64,000 bases of DNA from Candidatus Poribacteria bacterium (GCA_965232115.1 CBDDPD010000001.1:16626-80625); one strand, 5' to 3'; shown: positions 30,500 through 40,855, counted from the first letter of the stretch. Program-made: numbers and translations. Notes: generated by a model not told the origin, from the letters alone.

Positions 30500-30856
30500 A
30501 TGAAACACTACACGGCAGATATTTCCGTAAAGCGCGTCGGCATCATCACCGCCCCGAAAATCCCGCCTGACCACCCAAACGTCCGATTTTCAAGTTGCCT
30601 CCATCGCGAAGTCTTTCCAGCTTCCGACATTGCAGAAGCGCGGCAACACGCCATCACACTCGTCGAAAATCCCAATACTCCCGAATTCCTAAAATGCCTC
30701 GATTTCTACTTTGTTCCGTTCAAAATCCTCCAGTGGCAAGACTGGCAAGATCCGATCCAACGGGAAGGCGAAACACAGATCCATTCCTGCAGCAGCCAAC
30801 CCTTTCTCGTCGGCGTGTTCACATGGATTGTCACACTCCTGGTTTACGAGGAATAG
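30500..30856 (+). CDS. Hypothetical protein
   Basis: ATG after AAGGA. Confidence 0.5.
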   Translation: MKHYTADISVKRVGIITAPKIPPDHPNVRFSSCLHREVFPASDIAEARQHAITLVENPNTPEFLKCLDFYFVPFKILQWQDWQDPIQREGETQIHSCSSQPFLVGVFTWIVTLLVYEE

Positions 30857-30956
30857 TTATCAGTTGTCAGTACGTTCCGCTGCGCTCCACTTTAGGGTGT
30901 AGGTGCGTTCGCTACGCTCACTTTTGGTTCTGGGTACGCTTCGCTTTAGAAGATAA

Positions 30957-32340
30957 GACAGCGCAAGCGTTACAGGGACATCTCATCTCATTATCCGCTT
31001 GATGGCGTGGCGCAGTGGGTTGTGCCGCCGCATCACCCACACCGCCCGCCCGTCGCTACTACGCTCGGTCGACCTTTGGGCAGTCCGCTATGCTCGTGCC
31101 TGCACGGATGCTCGTCGCCGTCCGCTCCAAAAAGCTCCACTACCGGCACACTTCGCTAACCGTCGCTGTCAACTTCGCAGGCGGAACTTGCCCGGCGCGC
31201 ACCCTTCGCTTGCTTTACATCTAACGTCCCCTCACAAAAGAGAAAAGCAAAGACACGCCAAGCGTTAGAATCCGTGTCGCTTGGCAAAGCGGGTTGTGCC
31301 GCCGCATACCCGCATTGCCCGCACGCCCCTACTTTCGTGCAGTTGTGCTTCGGTAGTAACCTTGTCAACTGCACTCGCCCTAACAGAGACCCCCCATCAC
31401 AAATCACGCCGCACCCCCTATACATACGAATACACCCACCCGCTAACCCCTGTGCCTGTGCGCAACTGTCGGAATGCTGGCTTTTCCTTTCCATACAACA
31501 CATCTCTATCTTTCCGTTCCGGCAGGCGAGCGGTTCTTAGCAGGTCTGCTGTGTGCTGTGTCCTCGTCAGTCGAGCAAGGAAACGGCAGAGTGCGAGGTG
31601 GGCTTTGTTGTGACAGCGGGTGCGGCATGCCGTTGTCCCCTCCGTTTGCATATTGCCTGCAAGCAGGAAAGGCAAATTGCCGCTCTTCGGCGTGCAGAGC
31701 CACGCACGCACCCGCACGTCACAAGTCGCTCCACCTTGCCGCACATTGCCTCAAAAACGGTCGCTCGACGGACGAGCACAGGCACAGGCATACCGCAAAA
31801 ACCGATTACCCGCGCTGCCTACTCTCCGTTTTCGAGACACACACGCAAAACCTTACCCTCACCACGCCAGCAACTTTTGAAGATACGCGCACGCACAGCC
31901 TATCCCTCAATCTACAGCCTTACTCAAAAGAAACGTACTTAACACTACAATCGCTCTTGGTATTGCCCACCCACAACCCCCGTTGGCGTGTGCAGTCGCA
32001 GAGCGATCGGTTGCGGGCATCCACAAAACAACGCTTTTCGTTCCTCCCCGCTACGGCAGGCGCAGTCGTCCGGCGCAGGCGGGGGTGTCAGACTTGCGTG
32101 ATGCGCACGCACCCGTAAGTCACTTGCACTGCATTTCACTTGGCAATTGACAACGGTTGCGGTCATCACCCGGCGTCTGACCCTGTGCCGCTTCGCCTTT
32201 GTGCGCGCTGCCTTCGCTATGCATCTTCTCAAAATACCCAATTCGGTATCAGTACATGCCCGCAGATTTTCTATAAACGCACACGCCCCGCCTCCCTATA
32301 CACAATGCCATCGGTCGCTTAACTGTTGTCGCAGTTTTTA
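30957..32340 (+). ncRNA. Candidate large structured RNA (or structured ssDNA element)
   Basis: No convincing gene; nested long-range helices; G-U wobbles favour the + strand; boundaries approximate. Confidence 0.45.
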
Positions 32341-32878
32341 GCAGAATTGGTACGGGTTGGCGATTACGCCAAATCCGTTGGCAGAACATACACAAGCATA
32401 ACCGCAAGGTAACGTGTCTGCCTCCCATTAAGGCATTTCAGGCAGTTGGGTTGATTTTTGAGGTCAGCGATTCCGCGTAAATGTAGATATTGGAAAAGAG
32501 TTTAATCAAGTGTAGCACGTTTGGGGGTGGGCGGTTTTCGGTTCGGTCTCAGCTGGGTCTGGGTCATCGTCGGTTGGGCGCGTTCGCTTGCATGGGCTTC
32601 TGGTCGCCGCTCCACTATGTTACGCGGCGGTTTCCGGTTCAGTCTCAGCTGGGTTTGGGCATTGGGCGCGGAACAAAGTAGAAATTATCAGAATACGTCA
32701 AGTAATCCTTACACCTATAATCCGCCAGTTGCTTACCGTATCGCGCGTTTTCTGGCGATTTTTCCCGGAATTTGCCCTAATTTCCTTCTAATTTCACGGC
32801 TTTACTCAAAAAAAATTGAGTATTTTCCAAAAAAATTAGCGAATTTCGGCAAAAAATGTGCTTTTTTGCGTTTTTTAC

Positions 32879-33012
32879 TTGACAATAAATACAGGTATAT
32901 GTTAAACTATATAGAACAATATGAGGGGCACTGCAATGCCCCCCGAACCAAAATCCAAGGATCAACTCGGCTTGGTATTTAAATCCTACCGTGAAATGCC
33001 TGCCGTTGTCAA
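32879..33012. promoter_or_regulatory. Convergent promoter pair with hairpin (antisense module 2)
   Basis: + TTGACA-18-TAAACT; - TTGACA-18-TAGGAT (33012-32983); hairpin GGGGCA-CTGCAA-TGCCCC. Confidence 0.6.
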
Positions 33013-33030
33013 CCCAAAAAGGAATTTACA

Positions 33031-33600
33031 GTGAACGATAAAAAAGTTCCAACCGCTGAAAGGCTTGCGGAAGCGTGGCGGAAACACCCCGGATTTGGCG
33101 CGCCACACTGGCACGAAGGCAAATGGGTATGGCTCTCACCAAATGGTGATGCCTACACCAAATGCGGCTCACCGATCCCACCCCCAAAAGCGGACGAGGT
33201 CAAACCCCACGAACAGCAACTGTGGGAAAAGTGCTGGAAATGCAATACCATCCGTCCCTGGGGCGGATGTGGTAGTAAAACACCGGCACCGGAATGGGGA
33301 ATGTCCTGGACGGTTCCCGTCGACAAAACGCCGATAGAAAAACCGGAACCCGAACTCACAGAAGTTAACTTCCCTACCGCCATTCTCGTCGTCCTTGAAA
33401 AAATGACAGAATGCGCCACTTTCGGCGACTGGCTCACTGAAGATGAAATCGTCGTCGTTGCTACCCGGCACTTCAACTACAAAATCGACACCACGTCACT
33501 CCTCGATCTGCTCCGTCCGTTGTGGCACGCGGGACACATCGAACACAAGCGGAACCAATCCGGGCAGCATACCTTCCGCTTAAAAGGAAATATGCCATGA
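33031..33600 (+). CDS. Hypothetical protein with C-terminal winged-helix-like domain
   Basis: AAGGA RBS; C-terminal domain paralogous to 34477..34800. Confidence 0.6.
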   Translation: MNDKKVPTAERLAEAWRKHPGFGAPHWHEGKWVWLSPNGDAYTKCGSPIPPPKADEVKPHEQQLWEKCWKCNTIRPWGGCGSKTPAPEWGMSWTVPVDKTPIEKPEPELTEVNFPTAILVVLEKMTECATFGDWLTEDEIVVVATRHFNYKIDTTSLLDLLRPLWHAGHIEHKRNQSGQHTFRLKGNMP

Positions 33601-33860
33601 AAAAATCCTTTTTCCTCTATCCAACCACCGGCGGTGATATTGTGCTAAGTGGCTATCCCAGCTGGGTACGCCACTCCAATGTCTATCCGTTTCGGCTTTA
33701 TACTTTTCTCCTCGATGAACACTCCAGTCAGCGCATCGGAGAAAAATCTGTCACCCTCAATAGTGTCGAACTCCTGTCAGATGAAAGCACGGCTCCGAGG
33801 CTTCCGATCGACACACCCTCGGAACAACTCATACTCAACTTCACACCGTGGCGGCGATAA
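33597..33860 (+). CDS. Hypothetical protein
   Basis: ATGA overlap with previous stop. Confidence 0.5.
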   Translation: MKKSFFLYPTTGGDIVLSGYPSWVRHSNVYPFRLYTFLLDEHSSQRIGEKSVTLNSVELLSDESTAPRLPIDTPSEQLILNFTPWRR

Positions 33861-33881
33861 TCATGAGACGTGAGACATCCA

Positions 33882-34286
33882 ATGAAAAAGTATTATGTGT
33901 ATTTCATTACACCCGAAGCAGATAGCAAGTTTGTGACTTTCGGTAGAACCTTCAACTTGGGCAGTCGCTGGGTATCCTACAGAAATCAAACGCCAGACCC
34001 AAAAATTGTCGGTTTGATTGAATGTAAAAGCGAGAATGATATGTTGTCGCTTGAATACCAAATCAGGCATCATGACTTTCAAGGTGCGGCACACAGAGAC
34101 GAGTGGTTATATCATACCCCTGAAGTTAAGGCGTTTTACGAAGCACGAACCAACGTTAATATTGAGGAACATCTATCAGAACGAGGCAAAGAAGAAGCGA
34201 ACCTCATCATAGAAAAGGGTGGCTGCAACCACCCTTCCATCACACTAACCCCTAACAACCAAAAGGAGATTGTGCTATATATATAG
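33882..34286 (+). CDS. GIY-YIG (T5orf172-like) domain protein
   Basis: YVYFI...FGRT..L..R...LE..I.H......EW pattern. Confidence 0.6.
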   Translation: MKKYYVYFITPEADSKFVTFGRTFNLGSRWVSYRNQTPDPKIVGLIECKSENDMLSLEYQIRHHDFQGAAHRDEWLYHTPEVKAFYEARTNVNIEEHLSERGKEEANLIIEKGGCNHPSITLTPNNQKEIVLYI

Positions 34287-34318
34287 TTAGGATAGCACAA
34301 TGTATTTTAGAATGTCAA
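34215..34318 (-). promoter_or_regulatory. Antisense module 3
   Basis: - TTGACA-18-TATCCT (34318-34289); hairpin AAGGGTGG-CTGCAA-CCACCCTT. Confidence 0.55.
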
Positions 34319-34476
34319 GATTTTTGAAAAAAGTCACGGTCACCCTCCTCGGTGCCGGCGGCGAACGGCAGATCGAGATAAACGCACGTGGCGGATTTCC
34401 AAACCGCCATATCAAGTCCCCTCGCGAATCTGTTTCCTCCCGCTTCGCACGAGAAAAGCAGGTTACGAAACCCAAA

Positions 34477-34800
34477 ATGACTCGCAATCCGAGCTCCCTG
34501 AATACCGACACGGAACCTACTCTCTTCGAAGTCCTGAAGTGGATGGTAGCTTCGGAAGATCACACCGGTTGGCTCATTATCGACGAGATTCTGTTCGTCG
34601 CGACGGCACACTACAAAATGAAGTTCAACCATAATACACTGCTCGATGCGCTCCGGTTCCTCTACCAGCAAGGGTGTTTGGCGTATCGGCTGAACAGGTT
34701 CGATCAACACACCTTTCAACTCATTGAAAATCAGGAAAACCATCTGAAATCCCTACTTGTTGAAGTGGACGCAATCCTCAGCAAAGGTGGTGCATCATGA
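34477..34800 (+). CDS. Winged-helix-like hypothetical protein
   Basis: Aligns by eye with C-terminus of 33031..33600 (WL..DEI..VAT.H...LLD.LR.L...G...QHTF.L); start uncertain. Confidence 0.55.
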   Translation: MTRNPSSLNTDTEPTLFEVLKWMVASEDHTGWLIIDEILFVATAHYKMKFNHNTLLDALRFLYQQGCLAYRLNRFDQHTFQLIENQENHLKSLLVEVDAILSKGGAS

Positions 34801-35375
34801 GTAGACAACCGCTTTTCATGTATTACCGCGCACGAGAACAAGAACGGCAACATAAAATCAGAACCGCTTTCAACCTCAAATTCAATGATGAGAATTACGC
34901 CATCGCCACCCCAGAATTCTGGGACGCGTGGCGCGAGGAAGGGAAACGGGCAGAACTTCGTCGCCAGTACGCCCCAGCAAAATACCCTGCGGACCAACTC
35001 GGTCTGCAGGGTAAAAAACCCGTCTGGGTCGTTTTTGTAGATAAAGCCGCGAAGGAGCGTTTTGAAGCGAAACACGCCTCGCCGGAAGTCTCGAATGTAG
35101 GCGCAGATGGTGAGATTCACGGATTGGGATGGCAATCTTTACGGGTGAACAGCGGCATATTCCTCGACGAGCGCAACAAGACATACCGTTCGCAACGATG
35201 CCCCGTCGTCGCGTGGCTCAACTTCAATCAAGGTCGGTATTCTGTCAACATCGTTGATAGTGCCTTCACTCTTACCCGTCCGATCCCCAACGCTATTACC
35301 AATCTCGGTGATGCGGTGGAGTGGATCTATCAGAATTCGGCTTGGAAACTGAAACACACAGCGAGGGCATCATGA
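34797..35375 (+). CDS. Hypothetical protein
   Basis: ATGA-coupled ORF, 192 aa. Confidence 0.6.
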   Translation: MSRQPLFMYYRAREQERQHKIRTAFNLKFNDENYAIATPEFWDAWREEGKRAELRRQYAPAKYPADQLGLQGKKPVWVVFVDKAAKERFEAKHASPEVSNVGADGEIHGLGWQSLRVNSGIFLDERNKTYRSQRCPVVAWLNFNQGRYSVNIVDSAFTLTRPIPNAITNLGDAVEWIYQNSAWKLKHTARAS

Positions 35376-35647
35376 TCCTCAACTTTTACCTACGCAAATA
35401 CCCCTCCAAAGGAGAAATGCGCGCAGTGGAAAGACAGAACCTCGCGAAAGTCCGGCATCTACTCATAGCACAGGGCGTGAAGAACATATCCAAATTGGAG
35501 TATCAAGACGCGATCCAATTGTTAGCGAAACTTGTAGCATCAGAAGAATGTGGCGGACATTGCCTGCGCAAAGCCGCCACTGGGCACCGCCTGAACACGG
35601 CGGGCATTGCGGGCGATACCCGTAGCGAGAGGTTTTCGGTATCGTAG
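35372..35647 (+). CDS. Hypothetical protein
   Basis: ATGA-coupled ORF. Confidence 0.45.
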   Translation: MILNFYLRKYPSKGEMRAVERQNLAKVRHLLIAQGVKNISKLEYQDAIQLLAKLVASEECGGHCLRKAATGHRLNTAGIAGDTRSERFSVS

Positions 35648-35717
35648 CGAGCACAGCAGTAAGTGGGCGTTCCCAGAACTTTTACACTGATACGCCCACA
35701 CAAAAAAGGAATATCAG

Positions 35718-36053
35718 ATGTTAACATTCAAGCGAACAACACTCACCATCAATGACGAGGAAACCCAAGGCTACAGCGTGGAAGGATTAGACAACCGTAT
35801 CTTCAGAGGCTTGCAGGTTGTCTTGGTCAAACACAGTCAGAGATGGAATGCCTACGAAGCAACAACAGGGCTTTCGATAACCCCACCGAGTTGGGCAGGT
35901 GGATATAGTAACAAAACCCGCAAGGGTATTCTACAGATTGTGTCTCACTTTCTATCGAATGCCCCTCAATCTGGGTGGACGCGTATGCAAGAGCAGTTAG
36001 ACTACAAACTGCAGAAAAAAAGAAAGGAAGTAGCACATGCCAAAACGCAGTAA
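35718..36053 (+). CDS. Hypothetical protein
   Basis: AAGGA RBS. Confidence 0.55.
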   Translation: MLTFKRTTLTINDEETQGYSVEGLDNRIFRGLQVVLVKHSQRWNAYEATTGLSITPPSWAGGYSNKTRKGILQIVSHFLSNAPQSGWTRMQEQLDYKLQKKRKEVAHAKTQ

Positions 36054-36255
36054 AGCCGAGACAGACATTCTCGTCACCGTAGCCGCTGGACTCTTCGCAA
36101 CGCACACCCGCGACGCGAAAGAGATCGGCAAACTACTGAATACAAGCGAGCGGAACGTCCATCGATGGGCAGAACGTGAGAAGTGGGAAGAGGTTCTGAA
36201 AACCCTCAACTACGAGGGAGAGCGGAACTTCCGAGTCAAACCCCGACGGAGTTGA
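36037..36255 (+). CDS. Small HTH protein
   Basis: AKEIGKLLNTSERNVHRW. Confidence 0.6.
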   Translation: MPKRSKAETDILVTVAAGLFATHTRDAKEIGKLLNTSERNVHRWAEREKWEEVLKTLNYEGERNFRVKPRRS

Positions 36256-36340
36256 GAAAGTTGTAAGTTATAAGTTAAGAAGTTATAAGTTAAGAGGTTT
36301 CCCGTTACCAAACTTCTCTTCACCTACCACCTATAACCTT

Positions 36341-36452
36341 AAAAAAGAAAAGGCGGTGCGCCAACACCGCCAGTGACAACAAATCTACCCTAACGCTAAC
36401 TAAGGAGGATTGCGCCGTTTGCAATTATACCGCATCGGTGCATATAAGTCAA
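36341..36452 (-). promoter_or_regulatory. Antisense module 4 (promoter plus terminator-like hairpin)
   Basis: - TTGACT-17-TATAAT (36452-36424); hairpin GGCGGTG-CGCCAA-CACCGCC followed on the - strand by a U-run. Confidence 0.65.
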
Positions 36453-36454
36453 AA

Positions 36455-36625
36455 ATGCGGAAACTTCACATCAAACGTATCCCCGGTAGTCTACTTGAGC
36501 CTGCCAACCCATCAACCCCCACATCCCGCACCAATCCCAAAACCCCTGTGCTTGAAATCCTTGGCGAGATTGCTTGTCTCATCGCGAGCGGCATTGTCGG
36601 CTGGATCGCTTACGTCGTCTTTTAG
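36455..36625 (+). CDS. Small membrane protein
   Basis: C-terminal TM helix. Confidence 0.4.
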   Translation: MRKLHIKRIPGSLLEPANPSTPTSRTNPKTPVLEILGEIACLIASGIVGWIAYVVF

Positions 36626-36640
36626 GAGGGAACCCTTTCA

Positions 36641-36853
36641 ATGGAAACTCAGAAACAACAATGTTGTGTCCGCGAGTGCGACTCCCGCGACACACAGGAA
36701 TATCGAGGCGTAGGAACAGATAACCTCGGCAGACCCAGAACCTTCGTTGTTCAACTCTGCAAGCCGTGCAAGGACGGGATCCTGTCAAAGAAGGTCCACT
36801 ACACCTTCTATGAAGCCGGCAGTCTCGTTTTTGTGCGCGAACTCTATTCCTAA
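36641..36853 (+). CDS. Small Cys-rich (zinc-binding) protein
   Basis: AGGAGG RBS; CCVREC...LCKPC. Confidence 0.55.
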   Translation: METQKQQCCVRECDSRDTQEYRGVGTDNLGRPRTFVVQLCKPCKDGILSKKVHYTFYEAGSLVFVRELYS

Positions 36854-36891
36854 CATACTGAGGACGGGACGGGCGACCGTCCCGGAACACA

Positions 36892-37230
36892 ATGCGAATT
36901 AGAAACTTGACTCACACCCCTATCATCTTGACACTCGGAACGGAACGCCTATACCTCGAACCCACTCCTGAGCCTGCAATCGTGCGGTGGACGCAAAAAA
37001 GGATTGGAAGCCGACATATCGAATTCGGCACTTCTTACCAATGCTTGCAGGTCCCTATCCTCGAGGAGATTGCACACGTTGAGGGGATACCCGATCCAGA
37101 ACCCTTCACCCTTTTTCTCGTAGATCAGCACGTTTTCGATAACTCCGATCGCCGGGACGTTTTCACTTATAACGACGAGAAAGACGATGGCAATGGAAAC
37201 GTCATTATTGGGTATTTGGTTGGGAAGTGA
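36892..37230 (+). CDS. Hypothetical phage protein
   Basis: NLTHTPI...VEGIPDPEP.TLFLV pattern. Confidence 0.55.
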   Translation: MRIRNLTHTPIILTLGTERLYLEPTPEPAIVRWTQKRIGSRHIEFGTSYQCLQVPILEEIAHVEGIPDPEPFTLFLVDQHVFDNSDRRDVFTYNDEKDDGNGNVIIGYLVGK

Positions 37231-37244
37231 ATGGATTAGCAGCC

Positions 37245-37277
37245 AAAAGGGCGGGAAAACTAACTCCCGCCCTTTTT
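37245..37277. terminator. Bidirectional intrinsic terminator
   Basis: AAAA-GGGCGGGA-loop-TCCCGCCC-TTTT between convergent genes. Confidence 0.8.
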
Positions 37278-38203
37278 CACATCATCTCTATCAATGAAGC
37301 AACGAAATCTCTGCAAGACTGAGCATTGCGAGCATTAGGAAGCGGAACGAGTTTCGAGTTTGTTGCTCTTAGTTTTCTCGCTGTACCTTCAATACGTTCT
37401 AACTTCACTTGGCGAGTAGCTGGTTTAACCGAATAATAGAGCACAACAATAGGAAGTGTGCTTGAGTCGTTGGTAAAGCGATCCCTGAAATAAGAAAAAC
37501 TGTCGTATTTGTACGGGTCGCTTCGGTAATATTTTGAGAGGGTTTCATCGGAAATAGGAGCACCGATAGTGTCCTTCTTGAATTCGACAATCGCACGCGG
37601 TGTATAGTTAGAATCTACCAACACTAAATCCGCATCGCCTGGCAACATCGCATCTGTATTATGATACAAATAACAATCCAAGGCTGTTTGTCCATAATTT
37701 AACGTTTTTTTGGTAGAAAATGGTCCGCCTCTGAGTTGCCGGATGCGATCCTTTAAGTTAGGTAGATTAACTTTGCGAATATGTACAACAGTACCATTGC
37801 CATCAAATCCTACTTCTACAACATGCTCTCGGCGAGCGAATAAATGAAGGGATTCCTTGAATAAAAAATAATGGCAAGTAAAATTGTGTGTATGAGCGAA
37901 TCTGCAAAGCTGCCGAACCTTTTTTTCTCCGTCACATCGATATATTTCACTTGGGACATCACCGGCATTTTTCATGGGCCACGGCGTGTAATCGTTGTTT
38001 ACAATTCGCTTTATCCACAGTTCATTTGGGATTGAACGGTTATTCCAATCTACATAAAAATCAAATGTTAATCCGAAAAGGTTATAAGGCTTTAGGTAGG
38101 TATCCGCTAACCATTCCTCTGGATCACCACTTGATGGATGCTTCCTTGCTATAACACTTCGGTTATCGCATCTGGCTAATACCGGTTTACTAAGGCTAAG
38201 CAT
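37277..38203 (-). CDS. PD-(D/E)XK nuclease-like protein
   Basis: PGDADLVLVD...AIVEFKK. Confidence 0.55.
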   Translation of the reverse strand: MLSLSKPVLARCDNRSVIARKHPSSGDPEEWLADTYLKPYNLFGLTFDFYVDWNNRSIPNELWIKRIVNNDYTPWPMKNAGDVPSEIYRCDGEKKVRQLCRFAHTHNFTCHYFLFKESLHLFARREHVVEVGFDGNGTVVHIRKVNLPNLKDRIRQLRGGPFSTKKTLNYGQTALDCYLYHNTDAMLPGDADLVLVDSNYTPRAIVEFKKDTIGAPISDETLSKYYRSDPYKYDSFSYFRDRFTNDSSTLPIVVLYYSVKPATRQVKLERIEGTARKLRATNSKLVPLPNARNAQSCRDFVASLIEMM

Positions 38204-38266
38204 TATTGTGTTCCTTATAGGGCGTTTTGCAGAGGGATTTACGAGAAAACGTCGCTTCCTAGGTAA

Positions 38267-40843
38267 TTATTCGTCTCCGTTTATCTTGGCACCTACTTCT
38301 GGAAATTTCTCCTCGCTGAATACGAGATCGAAGACACCTTCGCGCGCTGTTCCATCATGTACCCGCATTGTGCCTGCGCTGTTGAATTTTTCTTCAAGGG
38401 TTTTCAAAACCTTTTCCTTATACTCGGTATCGGGGTTGCCTTCGAGCTGATCGCCTTTTGTGTCGAATAGTAACACACGTGTTATTCCTTTAACTTCATT
38501 TGTCATTGCGACGAAATCGGGGTAAATGCGTTGTTGTTTCCAGCCCTGGACGTAGTACTCACCGCGTTGACGTGCTGCGATTCGATGCCACCATTGCATT
38601 GCCTTCTGTTCGTCGAGATAATAGGCAAAGTTGGTTTCTAATTCGTTATCAAAGTGTTGTTCAAACACTGGTTCAAAGAGGCTAAGCTGCACGGATTTAC
38701 CATAATTTGCGAGCGGTTTATCGTTGGCTCGAACTTCGATTTCATAGCTCTCGCGAAGTTTGTAATTAGGTTCTTTCGCCTCTAAGTCGAATTTGATTTC
38801 ACCATACTTCAATTTGCTACGAAAGATCTGCTCTGCCTGGTGTTCAACTTCACGTTTTACATGTTCTCGTAATATGTGGACGAGATAAGAACGTCTATCG
38901 TAGATATTTTCTTCGGTTTTACCGTCTTGTTTAAGGTTCTCGCGCAACTGTGTTGCGATGCGAGCGGCTTGCCATGAATTGGGTAGAAGGTCTGAGAGAC
39001 GGCGTGCGAAATCTGAGATACTGGTTGTTTTGTTAATATAGGGTTGTTGGTCATCATGGTAAACGAGTGGCGCGTCCCCGATGTTAACTACCGCCGATTG
39101 CCAAATCATACTTTCGGCTGCGGAGGCATTCGGATTTGGAGCCTGGATCTCGGACCATTTTATATGCGGTAGGATATGTGCCTGATAATTGAGTTGGCTC
39201 CAGTCGTCTTCATTTTTATGGAGGACCATAGGTAAATAGATAACCTGAGATCGAAATTTATATCGGCGTTCCATGTCTTGTGTGCGGAGTTCCTCGGTTT
39301 CTGTTGTATCAGATGCGCCGATGACTTGATCATCTAAACCTGTGAGTCCTTCGGATTCTAGCCCATTTTTGATTTGCTTGACGGCGACAGCAACATCGGT
39401 ATTATTGCAATAGACATAACACTGATTGAGAGCTTCTCTATCTGTGAGTTGTGCGTGGGGTTGTCGCATGACGCGTCCTACAAGTTGTGTAAGGGCTTTT
39501 TGTGCCTGTGTATTGTCGAGCATGACCAACAAATAAGCGAAGGGGCAGTCCCATCCTTCCATGAGTGCGGATTTCGTGATGATCCAGCGGACCTGTGACG
39601 TTTTGGAAAGCAGGTTTTCTCCAGCGAGTTCATCGTTTTCGGCGGATTTGACCCGGATGGCCTCGGGTGGAACACCTAAGCGTTTAAGATAGTCACGGGC
39701 ATCTTCGGCGTGGATTCGTTCTTGATCTCTCTGATCGCTACCTGTTCGCTCAACTCGGACAACGGCGATAGGTCGAATGTAGCGGTCTGTCGTGCTTTCA
39801 AATGCCTTTGCCTCAGTATCAAGCCGATTGAGTTCATCAACAGCTTGCTGTAGTGTGTATTGCCAATTATCGCGCCATGTGGTTGATCCTGCGTTCTTCT
39901 GTTTGGAGGATCTCACTTGAATAGGCAACTTAATCATTTCTTCTTTTTTGAGGTCGATTCCGTCTATATCAACGAGCAGGTTGCTGATGCCGTGATTCGG
40001 GGTGGCGGAGAGTTCTATTACGGTTCGAGGGTTGAGTCGATTAATGGAGCGTGCGAATTCTTCATTGGATTCTCGTTTGCTGGCACCATAGGCTTTGTGT
40101 GCCTCGTCTAAAACGACTACAGGACGGAGCATTTTGAAGACGTTAAACAGGCTCTGCTTGACAAATCCAGTATTTTTATGACACTCCAGATCGGGATATT
40201 CATTTCGCATGCGTGCATCGCCAAGGACATCGTCGCTATCGGGGAAAAAACTGGGATACTTTCCGGTATCTCTAAACATTCGGAGGAATTCCTTGCCCTC
40301 TTGTCGATTCGCGGCGGGTAGCATGAGGAGCATGACGCAGAGGTAATTTGCTATATCGCCTCTGTTGAAGGTATCATCCTTTTCGAGCATTTTGACTTGC
40401 CCGGCACTTGCACGTTCTAACATTTTACGATAGGGATGTTGTTTGTCCCACAAAGCGGCTTTGGTCTGTGCGTAGATCGCTTTAGATGGAACGATCCACA
40501 GCGTTAGCCCGCGCTGCCGATGGAGCCGCTCCAAAGCGGATGCTGCGAGTAATGTTTTTCCACCACCTGTTGGCACCTTGAAACAGATATGTGGAATGGG
40601 GCGGTTTGCGTCATCGGTACGTGCGATATAATCGCCAGCACTTGGTGCGATACCTCCGGTTTGTTTCAAATTTTCCCATGCCTTTTTGGGAAAGTTCCGC
40701 AGATCGTCAGGAATATCATGAATTTCTGCTGCTCTCAGTGCCTTTATAGCGGTTTTTGCGGTATTCTTGGCTTTAGACAATTCTTCAAGCCAACGGGTGA
40801 AGGCATCGAGTGTGTTTTGTTGATATATTTTTAATTCCATCAT
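38267..40843 (-). CDS. res: Type III restriction endonuclease subunit
   Basis: VPTGGGKT, DEAH, SATP, EGWD helicase motifs; C-terminal YPDF...DTKG. Confidence 0.9.
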   Translation of the reverse strand: MMELKIYQQNTLDAFTRWLEELSKAKNTAKTAIKALRAAEIHDIPDDLRNFPKKAWENLKQTGGIAPSAGDYIARTDDANRPIPHICFKVPTGGGKTLLAASALERLHRQRGLTLWIVPSKAIYAQTKAALWDKQHPYRKMLERASAGQVKMLEKDDTFNRGDIANYLCVMLLMLPAANRQEGKEFLRMFRDTGKYPSFFPDSDDVLGDARMRNEYPDLECHKNTGFVKQSLFNVFKMLRPVVVLDEAHKAYGASKRESNEEFARSINRLNPRTVIELSATPNHGISNLLVDIDGIDLKKEEMIKLPIQVRSSKQKNAGSTTWRDNWQYTLQQAVDELNRLDTEAKAFESTTDRYIRPIAVVRVERTGSDQRDQERIHAEDARDYLKRLGVPPEAIRVKSAENDELAGENLLSKTSQVRWIITKSALMEGWDCPFAYLLVMLDNTQAQKALTQLVGRVMRQPHAQLTDREALNQCYVYCNNTDVAVAVKQIKNGLESEGLTGLDDQVIGASDTTETEELRTQDMERRYKFRSQVIYLPMVLHKNEDDWSQLNYQAHILPHIKWSEIQAPNPNASAAESMIWQSAVVNIGDAPLVYHDDQQPYINKTTSISDFARRLSDLLPNSWQAARIATQLRENLKQDGKTEENIYDRRSYLVHILREHVKREVEHQAEQIFRSKLKYGEIKFDLEAKEPNYKLRESYEIEVRANDKPLANYGKSVQLSLFEPVFEQHFDNELETNFAYYLDEQKAMQWWHRIAARQRGEYYVQGWKQQRIYPDFVAMTNEVKGITRVLLFDTKGDQLEGNPDTEYKEKVLKTLEEKFNSAGTMRVHDGTAREGVFDLVFSEEKFPEVGAKINGDE

Positions 40844-40855
40844 GGTGTCACCTCT

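Noticed and set aside
30957-32340. Group II intron
   Set aside because: No recognisable domain V, no reverse transcriptase and no interrupted gene.
30999-32341. Overlapping ORFs in the structured region
   Set aside because: Cys/Arg/Ala-rich translations on both strands without clear RBS or motifs.
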